Assembly: GCA_031970875.1 (NCBI GenBank)
Contig: DALYHN010000001.1
Span: 17,929-81,928, forward strand
Source: Chitinophagaceae bacterium
GTDB lineage: Bacteria; Bacteroidota; Bacteroidia; Chitinophagales; Chitinophagaceae
Reading direction: 5' to 3'
Length of the DNA: 64,000 nucleotides
In this document: one piece after another, positions 56,201 to 64,000 of the stretch
Position numbering within the stretch: position 1 is the stretch's first letter
Layout: every line of letters begins with the position of its first letter
Made by a program: the position numbers and the translations under genes
The notes under the pieces: generated by a model
The model's database searches: none
What the model was told of the DNA's origin: nothing
What the model saw: only the letters and a program-made list of their open reading frames with translations

Positions 56201-56446
56201 ATTCGTTTGAGAGAAATGTCTTTGTCTTACTCAGTTCCTGAAAGTGCTTTGAAGAAACTGCCTTTCGGTGGTATTTCATTCACTGTGTCTGGTCAGAATC
56301 TTTGGTACAAAGCGCCTAACTTCCCTAAGTACAGCAATTTCGATCCTGAAACTTCCGGTTTGGGTGTAGGCTCTTACAGAGGTTTGGAATTCATTACTGG
56401 TCCTTCTTCAAGAAGAATTGGTGCCAGCATCAGAGTAACCTTTTAA
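53273..56446 (+). CDS. SusC-type TonB-dependent receptor
   Basis: ATG 53273 (or 53279) gives MHMRKKLLLGFCAMVLSIAMFAQ. The N-domain is VVTGKVTDEKGAALAGATV. Plug motifs are VVTALGVKREKKALGYA, PLFIVDGV and VNVLKGLSATTLYGAQGRNGVVLITTKNG. The C-terminus is IRVTF. Confidence 0.9.
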   Translation: MHMRKKLLLGFCAMVLSIAMFAQTVVVTGKVTDEKGAALAGATVREKNTNNATSAGADGSYSIKVKPGTKLVISVEGYTNREIAAKAGAGNDVSLNVDTKNLTEVVVTALGVKREKKALGYAVATVDKKQLEQRPDGDVVRLLNGKAPGVDIGATSGLSGSGTNIIIRGVSSISGDATPLFIVDGVQFDGSTNAQSDFRYGNQSSSRFLDLDPNNIESVNVLKGLSATTLYGAQGRNGVVLITTKNGANTRVNKKTEVTVNQSYFSNTVANLPAYTDKFGGGFDMSTGLTFFSNWGAPFRTPPVLVNHPYNQPNLAGEFPEFQGKTYEYKPYPNHVKNFFRQGAVSTTSINMKGSVGGVNLSANYSYLDDKGFTPGNSVNRNTFGIGGNAKLSNNITLNATFNFVNTDFKSPPNSVSFGSSAANGSGVFVDLMYTPPAVDLMGLPYKRPLTGGSIYYRPANDMQNPRWTVENVLTGQKINRTYGQISTKYDILKNLNLTYRLGWDNYNTFDYYYQNKGGVQNPLGFMRTVNAQTTIWDHYLIGNYQTDINENWNVNIEAGVNSRERIDDQTGVASQQQIIFGLFNHGNFINQSFRGEDGGNLNSKSSEQQIGVFTQGSFGYKDYMYVTVGGRNDWVSTLEPQNRSLFYPSASVSFIPTSAIASLQNNKILNYAKIRAGYSTSARFPAPYRTRQALSVNANAFVDRAGTALNTNSIPNRLPNPDLKPELLQEFEIGLEGRFINNRVSVDFTYYNRVSKDQILTQSLDPSTGYTSKEVNGGDVSNKGIELQLGVTAVKNRNFTWQIDMNYTRNRSMVSNLPSSIKQIVVAGYTDLGAFAMNGQPLGVIQGYYVQRDAKTGQRVVNSAGNYVSSNEIGIIGNPLPLWKGALINTVTYKGLSFRMQWDYTHGGDIYSTTTRALLARGVTKDTEFDRYAPVILPGVLENGRPNNIQTSATNAYFSNFGFGANDMSIWDGSVIRLREMSLSYSVPESALKKLPFGGISFTVSGQNLWYKAPNFPKYSNFDPETSGLGVGSYRGLEFITGPSSRRIGASIRVTF

Positions 56447-56466
56447 TCACCTAAAATCTCGAAACA

Positions 56467-58149
56467 ATGAAAATTTTTAAGAAGATAATTATGGTTGCCG
56501 GGGTTGCAGGTCTTGTTGCAACTTCTTGTAACAAGAAGTTCGACTCCATGCTGGAGAACCCTAACCAACCACTGCCTGCGCAAGCAGATGCTGATTTATA
56601 TGTTAACCAAATTCAGTTATCCTTTCCTGGGTATTTTGATAATATTCAGACATTTGGCGCAGAATTTACTCGTCAGATGGCATTTGGTGGTGCTAACTAT
56701 ACGAATGGTTACTCACCTCAGAATTACTCAGGCACTTGGTCAACAGCTTACACTAGTATTGTCAAGAACGCGGATGCCCTGATTGAGTTGGCTGCTCCAA
56801 GACGTCAGACATACCACACTGGTATTGCTTATATTCTGAAAGGCTATACCATGATGACCATGGTAGATTGCTTTGGCGATATACCTTATACTGAAGCCAA
56901 TAAGGGTAATGCCAATACCAACCCTAAGTTGGATCCAGGTAAGAATGTGTACAATACAGCTATTGCTTTATTGGATTCAGGTATTGCAAACATGGGTCGT
57001 ACACCTTCAACCAATGTAGCAACAGATATGTACTATGGCCACCTGAGTGGTACTGCTGCTCGTCGTGCTGCTTGGTCTACACTGGCCAAGACACTCAAGC
57101 TGCGTGCTTACTTAAACCTGCGTTTAACTGATGCAGCTGCTGCAACAGCTGGTATCAATGCATTGATTGCAGGCGGTGATTTGATTGATACAGATGCAGA
57201 AGATTTTACTTTCCGTTATGGTACACAGTTGGCTAACCCCAATACACGTCATCCTCGTTACAACGATGGTTACCGTGCTTCAGGTGGTGCTGGTGGTTAT
57301 ATTGGCACCTATTTCCTGCATGCCATTGCGGTAGAAAAAATCTTGTTGGGTCAACCAAGAGATCCACGTCGTGAATTCTATTTCTATCGTCAGGCTTTTG
57401 CACCAGGTTCTCAGTCACAGCAACCATGCGCATATAATGCTGCGCCTGGTCATTTTGGACCTGATGATCCATTCTGTTACACACTGTCTGGCCACTGGGG
57501 TCGTGATCATGGTGATAACAGTGGTATTCCTCCCGATAATGGTCAGCGTACTGTATGGGGTATCTATCCTGCAGGTGGTAAATTTGATGATGTATCTGCA
57601 ACAGCTGTAGGTATCAACGACGGTGCAAAAGGTGCGGGTATTCACCCTATCTGGATGTCATGGTTTACTGATTTCACATTGATGGAAGCTGGTATCACAT
57701 TGTCTGGTGTTAACCTTACAGCAGCACAAGAAAAAGCATATTTCTTGGGTGGTATCAATAAGAATATGGCACGTGTATTTGGTTATGGTGCAACAGTTGG
57801 AGCCGCCCCATCTTCTGCAGCTTTAGCAACAGCAGCTACTCGCCAGACCAACTATGTAAATGCTATGTCTAATCTCTGGGATGCTACAACTACTGATGCA
57901 GCTAAATTGGATCTTGGTTTAAAAGAATACTATCTGACAACTTGGGGTAATGGTATTGAGTCATGGAATACGTATCGTAGAACTAGTCGTCCTCGTGCCT
58001 TGCAACCGATGCTAGTGGCTAGTCCTGGGGCATTTATTCGCTCTTTTTACTATCCTGCTGACTTCGCTAACTTGAATACCAATGGTTCTCAGAAAGCTGG
58101 TCCTGGCGTGAAAGTATTCTGGGATACCAACCCTGATGCGCTGTTCTAA
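56467..58149 (+). CDS. SusD/RagB-family lipoprotein
   Basis: 560 aa with lipobox LVATSC. It lies 20 nt after SusC. It has TPR-like SusD segments (MMTMVDCFGDIPYTEA, YLTTWGNGIESWNTYRRT). Confidence 0.8.
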   Translation: MKIFKKIIMVAGVAGLVATSCNKKFDSMLENPNQPLPAQADADLYVNQIQLSFPGYFDNIQTFGAEFTRQMAFGGANYTNGYSPQNYSGTWSTAYTSIVKNADALIELAAPRRQTYHTGIAYILKGYTMMTMVDCFGDIPYTEANKGNANTNPKLDPGKNVYNTAIALLDSGIANMGRTPSTNVATDMYYGHLSGTAARRAAWSTLAKTLKLRAYLNLRLTDAAAATAGINALIAGGDLIDTDAEDFTFRYGTQLANPNTRHPRYNDGYRASGGAGGYIGTYFLHAIAVEKILLGQPRDPRREFYFYRQAFAPGSQSQQPCAYNAAPGHFGPDDPFCYTLSGHWGRDHGDNSGIPPDNGQRTVWGIYPAGGKFDDVSATAVGINDGAKGAGIHPIWMSWFTDFTLMEAGITLSGVNLTAAQEKAYFLGGINKNMARVFGYGATVGAAPSSAALATAATRQTNYVNAMSNLWDATTTDAAKLDLGLKEYYLTTWGNGIESWNTYRRTSRPRALQPMLVASPGAFIRSFYYPADFANLNTNGSQKAGPGVKVFWDTNPDALF

Positions 58150-58176
58150 ATGATTCATCACTAAACTATGTGTAAC

Positions 58177-59061
58177 ATGAAAAATAAATTATCATTCATC
58201 GTAGCGCTGGGTTTATTCCTCTTCGTGGTTGCCTGTAAAAAGGAAGGCCAGGATGTATGGAAGTACGAGAACCTCGCTCAGGGTGAAGTATTGAAATTTG
58301 ATACGCCCAATGCCGTTATTAATGGCAACCTCGACTATTCAAATCTTTCTACTAGCTCAGTTTCTTGTAAAGTATATGCGTATGGTGTGTTGAAAGCTAC
58401 CAAAGTAGCTGTATATGCCAGTACACGTAACAATACAGATACTACTACCTGGAGAAAGATCAAGGAAGTTAATCTGGTTAACGATAAGGCAACATTATCA
58501 GTAAGTGCTACTGAGTTGGCTACAGCGCTTGGTATTGCCACATCTGCACTGCAGCCCGGTACGCAGTACAATCTCTACAATCAGGTGATTACTGAAACTG
58601 GCCAGAAGTTCTCAATCGCTAATACTTTTGGCGATTATGAGAGTAACGTGAACTATAACCATGCTTTCCGTTGGACAGCAACCATCGTTTGTCCTTTCGT
58701 AGCGCCTATGGCAGGTAACTACGAGGTACTGCAGGATGATTGGGCTGACTGGAGTGCAGGTGACGTGGTTCAGGTTCTGGATGGCCCTGGTGCTAACCAG
58801 TTAAACCTGCGTAATGTTTATCCAGCACCTTTCTATGGTGTTGTGGTTAACCCTCTGGTAGTGAATGTAAATGCCTCAACTGGTGCAGCAACTGTTCCTA
58901 ACGTTACATACGGTAACTATACTGCTTTTGGTAACGTTATCGCTAGCGCTTCAGGTTCTGGTTTTGTGTTCTCTTGTACCGGTACCATTACCTTGCGCCT
59001 TGCGCACGTATATGGAGGTACACCTCAGGGTACATTAACACTGCGCTTGAAGAAGTTATAG
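58177..59061 (+). CDS. hypothetical PUL-associated lipoprotein
   Basis: ATG 58177 gives MKNKLSFIVALGLFLFVVAC. The protein is rich in Thr, Asn and Val and looks beta-rich. Its position after SusD is typical of surface glycan-binding proteins. No family was recognised. Confidence 0.5.
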   Translation: MKNKLSFIVALGLFLFVVACKKEGQDVWKYENLAQGEVLKFDTPNAVINGNLDYSNLSTSSVSCKVYAYGVLKATKVAVYASTRNNTDTTTWRKIKEVNLVNDKATLSVSATELATALGIATSALQPGTQYNLYNQVITETGQKFSIANTFGDYESNVNYNHAFRWTATIVCPFVAPMAGNYEVLQDDWADWSAGDVVQVLDGPGANQLNLRNVYPAPFYGVVVNPLVVNVNASTGAATVPNVTYGNYTAFGNVIASASGSGFVFSCTGTITLRLAHVYGGTPQGTLTLRLKKL

Positions 59062-59080
59062 AGAAATTAAGTTTTTCAAA

Positions 59081-59116
59081 AGAAGGCAACTATGATTATA
59101 GTTGCCTTCTTTTTTT
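59081..59116 (+). terminator. strong intrinsic terminator
   Basis: A perfect 13-bp stem AGAAGGCAACTAT/ATAGTTGCCTTCT with a 4-nt loop is followed by T6. Confidence 0.85.
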
Positions 59117-59176
59117 ATAACCGAAAGTTGCTTCTTGAACAAATTCTGAATTTTGTTTTAAATAGTAATGGAATCG

Positions 59177-59392
59177 CTACTTTATCAATTCAGCAAAATC
59201 TAACAGGTATCTAAGGTCGACCCCAAGTTGTAAAGCAATTTGATTTAATTCAAATATTGTTGGCGATTTCGAGCCATTTTCTATTGCACTTAGCGTATTT
59301 CGACTAATTCCAATTTTTTTTGCCAAATATTCCTGCTTAATATTTTTGATGAGCCTGATTCTCCTTATGTTATTTCCAATGTTATTATTCAT
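59177..59392 (-). CDS. small XRE-family helix-turn-helix transcriptional regulator
   Basis: 71 aa. The segment IRRIRLIKNIKQEYLAKKIGISRNTLSAIENGSKSPTIFELNQIALQLGV is a canonical Cro/C1-type HTH. Confidence 0.8.
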   Translation of the reverse strand: MNNNIGNNIRRIRLIKNIKQEYLAKKIGISRNTLSAIENGSKSPTIFELNQIALQLGVDLRYLLDFAELIK

Positions 59393-59537
59393 TTGAGCTA
59401 AGCTTTTTTTAAAAATAAGTTTTTTTGTTGCAAAAAAACACCCCCCTTATAGGGCATGATGCGAATAAAAGTGATCAAAGTAGTGCAAGTAAAACCGAAT
59501 ATGAAATGCTTTGATTCTTAGCTTAGATAAAAAAAAC

Positions 59538-60002
59538 ATGAAAAAATTATCAGTACTTTTTTTATTTTTCTTGGTGCTAGCCTCATGCAATAAAAATGCA
59601 GGTACTTTTGACACAGAGAACACTCAGACCAAAAAAAGAATTTTATCAGATGCACCACCCCCACTTATGAATCAGCCAACTGAAGAAGAATTGGTTGCAT
59701 TAGGATTTACTGTTGGATGTGAGCTTGCTAAAGCTTTGGGTGGTGCTGGTGTGACAGCACCCGATAGTACAAGCTACGGGCCTTACTCGGTTTTTTATAA
59801 AACTATTCATAACGAAACCTTTCCTGCTATTTATAAAGAAGCTGTAGAAAACGGCTGGCAAAGCTGTCTTAATCTTGGAGCTTATTTGCCAACTAGTTGT
59901 GACGCGCAAATTACAGTACATAACGGCAGCAGTACTCAGAATGTTAACTATTGGGAGTTTGTAGGCATACCCTGCACTGGTGGGAATGCAAATATTAGGT
60001 AA
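59538..60002 (+). CDS. hypothetical small lipoprotein (6 Cys in mature part)
   Basis: The track start 59511 is TTG. ATG 59538 gives MKKLSVLFLFFLVLASC. No family was recognised. Confidence 0.5.
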   Translation: MKKLSVLFLFFLVLASCNKNAGTFDTENTQTKKRILSDAPPPLMNQPTEEELVALGFTVGCELAKALGGAGVTAPDSTSYGPYSVFYKTIHNETFPAIYKEAVENGWQSCLNLGAYLPTSCDAQITVHNGSSTQNVNYWEFVGIPCTGGNANIR

Positions 60003-60025
60003 GTAACACTTTCGTATCTCATTTA

Positions 60026-60049
60026 GCCGGCTTTTAGCCGGCCTTTTTT
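60026..60049 (+). terminator. intrinsic terminator
   Basis: The hairpin GCCGGC-TTTTA-GCCGGC is followed by C and T6. Confidence 0.65.
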
Positions 60050-60265
60050 ATTTTATAGCTATAGGTTTTAAATCTAGCAGTGCTTGCTGCAGCAGCTCAT
60101 GTATCATGTTTGTCTGTACATCTTGCTTGAAATCAGTTATTTATAGAGCATTTCATAATATATGATGAATAATACGATGTGTCATATTTATCTCATCTCT
60201 TATCAAAATGCTAAATAATTGACTATTTTTTTATAAAATTGTGATCCTTTTAAATCAAACTTCAA

Positions 60266-63200
60266 ATGAGAAAACTAACTGTAGTGCTAACCATGTTAGC
60301 TGCTTTGGCTTCGTTTGAGTTATTTGCTCAGACCAAAACAGTTACCGGTAAAGTAACCGACGGCAAGTCGGGTACACCCATTTCCGGTGTTGCTGTGAGT
60401 GTTAATGGAAACAACGTGGCATTAACAGGTGAAGATGGTGCTTTCACTGCCAATGTTCCCCAAGATGCAAAGAAGCTCCTTTTTAAATCAGTGGGTTACG
60501 ACAATGTATCTGCTGACATCATCTCTGGAACATTGATGATCAAAATGATGGCTTCAGACAAAAACCTCGAAGAGGTGGTGGTAACAGGTTATAAGTCTGC
60601 TCAAAAGCGCAGCTTTGCAGGTTCTGCCGGAACCATCAAGGGTGAAGAAGTGGCGAATGTGCCCATCGCTTCATTCGATCAGGCTATGCAGGGCCGCACA
60701 CCAGGTTTGATCCTGCGTGCCAACTCTGGTCAGCCAGGTGCAAGCGGTAGTGCCATCATCAGAGGTAGAGGTTCTATCAACGGTAGTACAGAACCGATCT
60801 ATATCGTAGATGGTATTCAGATTGCTGCTGCAGACTTTAGCCAGTTAAACCCTAACGATATCGAGAATATCTCGGTATTGAAAGATGCGGTTGCTACATC
60901 TCTGTATGGTTCAAGAGGTGGTAATGGAATGGTGTTATCGTTGTTTCAACCAAGCGTGGTTCAACTGGTAAACCTAAGTTGGAAGTTGATGTGTATACTG
61001 GTTGGTCTACACTGCCCGACTTCAACGATATGCAGTTGATGAATACCAATCAGAAAATTGATTTCGAATTGAGAAGAGGTGGTTCTTCACTTTCTTTCTA
61101 TTCACCTAGAATGATCGACTCTCTGCGTGGCATCAATACCAATTGGTTCAATGAAATTACACGTACCGGTCGCACACATAGCGTTAACGCTAGTGCTTCA
61201 GGTGGTAGCGATAAAACAAAGTATTTCGCTTCAGTGAACTACTTCACTCAGGAGGGTACAGTACGTAATACTGGTTTCGACAGAATTACCGGTCGCATGA
61301 ACCTGACTCAGGAAGCTGGTAATTTCACTTTCGGTATTAACACAACTGGTACAGTTTCTAATTTCACCAATACTTCAGAGGCAAATACAGGTATCGGTAC
61401 TCCACTGAACGCTGGTTTGTGGACAAACCCTTACGAGCAACCATTTGTACCTGGTCGTTATAACGCTGCTGGTAACTTCGTTGCTGGTGGAACAACTTTA
61501 ACTCGCCCAAGATTGGCAGAAAGCTTCCAGCCTATTCCAACAACAGACCTTTTCTGGAACAACAACAAGAGCGTTGACCTGAGAGCGGTTGCGAATATCA
61601 ATGCTGAATACAAGATTCCTTTTGTAAAAGGTTTATCTATTAAAACTGTATACGGTATCGACTATCGTCAGTTTGATGCAAATGCTTTTGTGGATAGAAG
61701 AACGTACAGTGCTGGTTCTAACCCCAGACCTACTTCTGGTACTTTCGCTAACTTCAGAACAAGCTCTTTCGGTCGTTCTTTCTCAAAGAGTTCTCGTATT
61801 ACGAACACGAACTCAGTTAACTATACCAGAACTTTTGGCGAACATTCAATTGATGCAGGTTTGTACTATGAAACCGTTGACCTAAAAGCTAAAAACAATA
61901 GCAGAACAGTTTTCTTACTTGAATCTCCTTTCCAAAACGAAGCTGGTGCTACCATCAATGCTGATCTGTTGCCACGTGTTGGTGCAGGTGGTTCTGAAGC
62001 ATCTCTTCAATCATATTTTGGTTTGATCAACTACGGTTTCAAGAATAGATATTTCATTACTGGTAATATCCGTCGTGATGGTTCTTCTCGCTTTGGTGCC
62101 GATAAGCGTTACGCTACATTTGGTGGTGTAGGTGCTGCATGGTTAATCAGCGACGAGAAGTTCATGGATGGTGTTTCTGGTTGGTTGAATCAGTTGAAAT
62201 TTAAGATCAGCTATGGTACAGTAGGTAACCAAGAAGGTATTGGTGCTTACCAATCTCAAGGTGCTGTGGGTGGTCGCTTGTACAATGCTACACAAGGTTC
62301 TATTGTTACTGAATTGGAGAACACAGACCTGCAGTGGGAATCTCGTAAAAAATTCAACACGGGTTTTGAATTCGGTATGTTCAATAACAGATTAAGTGGT
62401 TCATTGGATGTGTACAGTGAATTAACTGATAATCTCTTCCTGCCTGCTGAATTGTCTCGTACAACTGGTTTCAACACCCTGACAAGAAATATCGGTGCTG
62501 TTAGAAACAGTGGTGTGGAGCTTGCAGTAAACTATGATATCGTAAGAAACAAGGATCTGCGTATTGGTGTAAACGCCAACTTTACTTACAACAAGAATGC
62601 TGTTGTACGTCTAACAGATCGTGACACAATCGTATCAGGTATTGTTGCACGTATCAAGGGTCAGCCAATTCAATCATTATTCTTGGTTGAGTATGTAGGT
62701 GTAAATCCTCAGAATGGTAATGCGCAGTATCGTAAGTTGGATGGTTCTGTAACTGAGACTTACAGCATCAACGACAGAAAAATTGTAGGTAATAGCGATC
62801 CTGTTTACTTTGGTGGCTTTGGTGTAGATGCAAACTATAAGGGTATTGCATTCTCAGCACAGTTCAGCTACTTCGGTGGTCAGAGCGCTTACAACAATGA
62901 GCGTAACAACCTGGAGAACCCAGACTATTACTATGATAACATGATCACTGATTTGTTGACTGAGTGGCAGAAGCCTGGTGATATTACCAGAATTCCACGC
63001 CCAGGTAATACTTTCGTCTCTAGCACCACTCGTTTTGTTGAGAACAACTCATTCATCAGATTGAGATCTGTAACCCTCTCATACAATATCCCAGCTAAAA
63101 TTTTGAATAAAGCTAAGATGCGCTCTTTGATGGTGTATGCATCAGGTACCAACCTGCTGACTTTCACCAAATTCCGTGGTCGTGATCCTGAGTTCAACTC

Positions 63201-63270
63201 AGCTTCATTAACTGGTGCGCAGTATCCTGCATTGAGAACAGTTCAGGCAGGTGTAAGACTTGGTTTCTAA
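60266..63270 (+). pseudogene. SusC-type TonB-dependent receptor interrupted by a +5 frameshift
   Basis: Track ORFs 60266..61039 and 60979..63270 are the N- and C-terminal parts of one SusC. The N part carries VTGKVTDGKSGTPISGVAV and the plug. The frames switch at the tandem AATGGAATGG (60923..60932). Removing one AATGG restores ...GSRGGNGVIVVSTKRGSTGKPKLEVDVYTGW... and an exact 1000-codon frame. Confidence 0.85.
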
Positions 63271-63303
63271 TTCATCACAGTAGCATTAATAAAGAAATTG
63301 ATT

Positions 63304-64000
63304 ATGAAATACAATAGTTTCAAAATAGTAGTGGTTCTGGCAACTGCACTAGGCTTGGGCGCATGCTCTAAGAACCTGGAGTTGAAGAATCCATTCGGGC
63401 TTACGCCTACCAATGCCTTTACTGATCTCGCTTCATTCGAGCGTCAATTGTCTGGTGTGTATGGTGGATTTGCATCTGCAGATTACCACAATGGTTACAC
63501 CATGGTTACAGATATTCTCACAGACGACTGTTATGAAACCACAGAGTCTTTGGTGAATTTCAACCAAGTGCATAACTGGCAGTATGATGCAGCTGACCGT
63601 CAGCGTACATTCTTCACTAGTATGTGGCGTCAGCCTTACAATACCATTCTGCAGGCAAACTATATCATCAATGGTATTGGTGCTTTCAAGAATGACAACG
63701 AGCGTTACCACAACAGAATCCTCGGACAAGCATTGGCTGCAAGAGCCATCGCTCACTTCGATCTGTTGAAAGCTTATGCTGGTAATATCGATCGTAATAG
63801 TACAGCTCCTGGTATTCCTGTGAAAACAGATACAAAGATCACTTTCCCTGCAAGAAACACAGCAAAAGAAGTGTACGATGCTATCTATAACGACCTGAAT
63901 CAGGCCATCACTTTATTAGGTAATACAGATGTTAACATTAACTCTGCTACCAATAAAGGTGGATTAGATATCTGGGGTGCAAGAGCTGCACTGGCTAGAG
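63304..64000 (+). CDS. SusD/RagB-family lipoprotein, 5' part (runs off the right edge)
   Basis: This gene is not in the track because it has no stop in the window. ATG 63304 gives MKYNSFKIVVVLATALGLGAC, then an open frame to the window end. The sequence has SusD-like helices (ILQANYIINGI, RILGQALAARAIAHFDLLKAY). It lies 33 nt after SusC. Confidence 0.8.
   Translation, partial: MKYNSFKIVVVLATALGLGACSKNLELKNPFGLTPTNAFTDLASFERQLSGVYGGFASADYHNGYTMVTDILTDDCYETTESLVNFNQVHNWQYDAADRQRTFFTSMWRQPYNTILQANYIINGIGAFKNDNERYHNRILGQALAARAIAHFDLLKAYAGNIDRNSTAPGIPVKTDTKITFPARNTAKEVYDAIYNDLNQAITLLGNTDVNINSATNKGGLDIWGARAALAR

Noticed and set aside
1-64000. A search for CRISPR arrays, tRNA/rRNA genes, IS elements, integrases, toxin-antitoxin pairs and classical defence genes
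   Set aside because: By eye I found no regularly spaced direct repeats. I saw no tRNA-like T-loop motifs in the spacers. I recognised no transposase or integrase motifs and no nuclease, helicase or methylase defence signatures. This was a visual scan only, and tRNAscan, Infernal and defence-finder tools would be needed for a definitive negative.

Overview
This is a Bacteroidota-type chromosomal segment. The lineage call rests on three SusC/SusD pairs, a T9SS C-terminal sorting domain, a GldH-like lipoprotein and AT-rich spacers. It is probably Chitinophagia/Sphingobacteriia-like, which is inference only. No rRNA, tRNA, CRISPR array, transposase or integrase was recognised. From left to right the window contains the following. 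(1) 1-19 kb is an entirely exported gene set: two divergent ~1,100-aa FG-GAP/UnbV_ASPIC (CRTAC1-like) double-propeller proteins, three paralogous PAP2/vanadium-haloperoxidase-like lipoproteins, a beta-barrel protein, a non-SusC TonB-dependent receptor, a secreted GH65 and a periplasmic GH37 trehalase. This is the best candidate here for an undescribed system. (2) 19-33 kb is an alpha-glucoside region: an operon of SLC45-type transporter, fructokinase and amylosucrase, transcribed divergently from a starch-type PUL (GH13 amylase with T9SS tail, SusC/D/E/F). The shared 234-bp control region is packed with palindromes. (3) 33-52 kb is housekeeping: yicC, a gldH-like gene, a two-component system, an arginase-family gene, dacB, mutL, pepF, a PSP1/RicT-like gene, holB, gpx, comF and radA. 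This block is interrupted by a three-gene cassette of GT-C-like membrane protein, GT2 and CE4 deacetylase that resembles the Arn/Lgm/Flm lipid-linked aminosugar modification logic. (4) 52-64 kb holds a Zn peptidase, a SusC/SusD PUL with no CAZyme, a small AT-rich XRE plus lipoprotein islet, and a second SusC/SusD pair. That second SusC is disrupted by a 5-bp tandem duplication. All family calls come from motif recognition by eye, and no database search was run.
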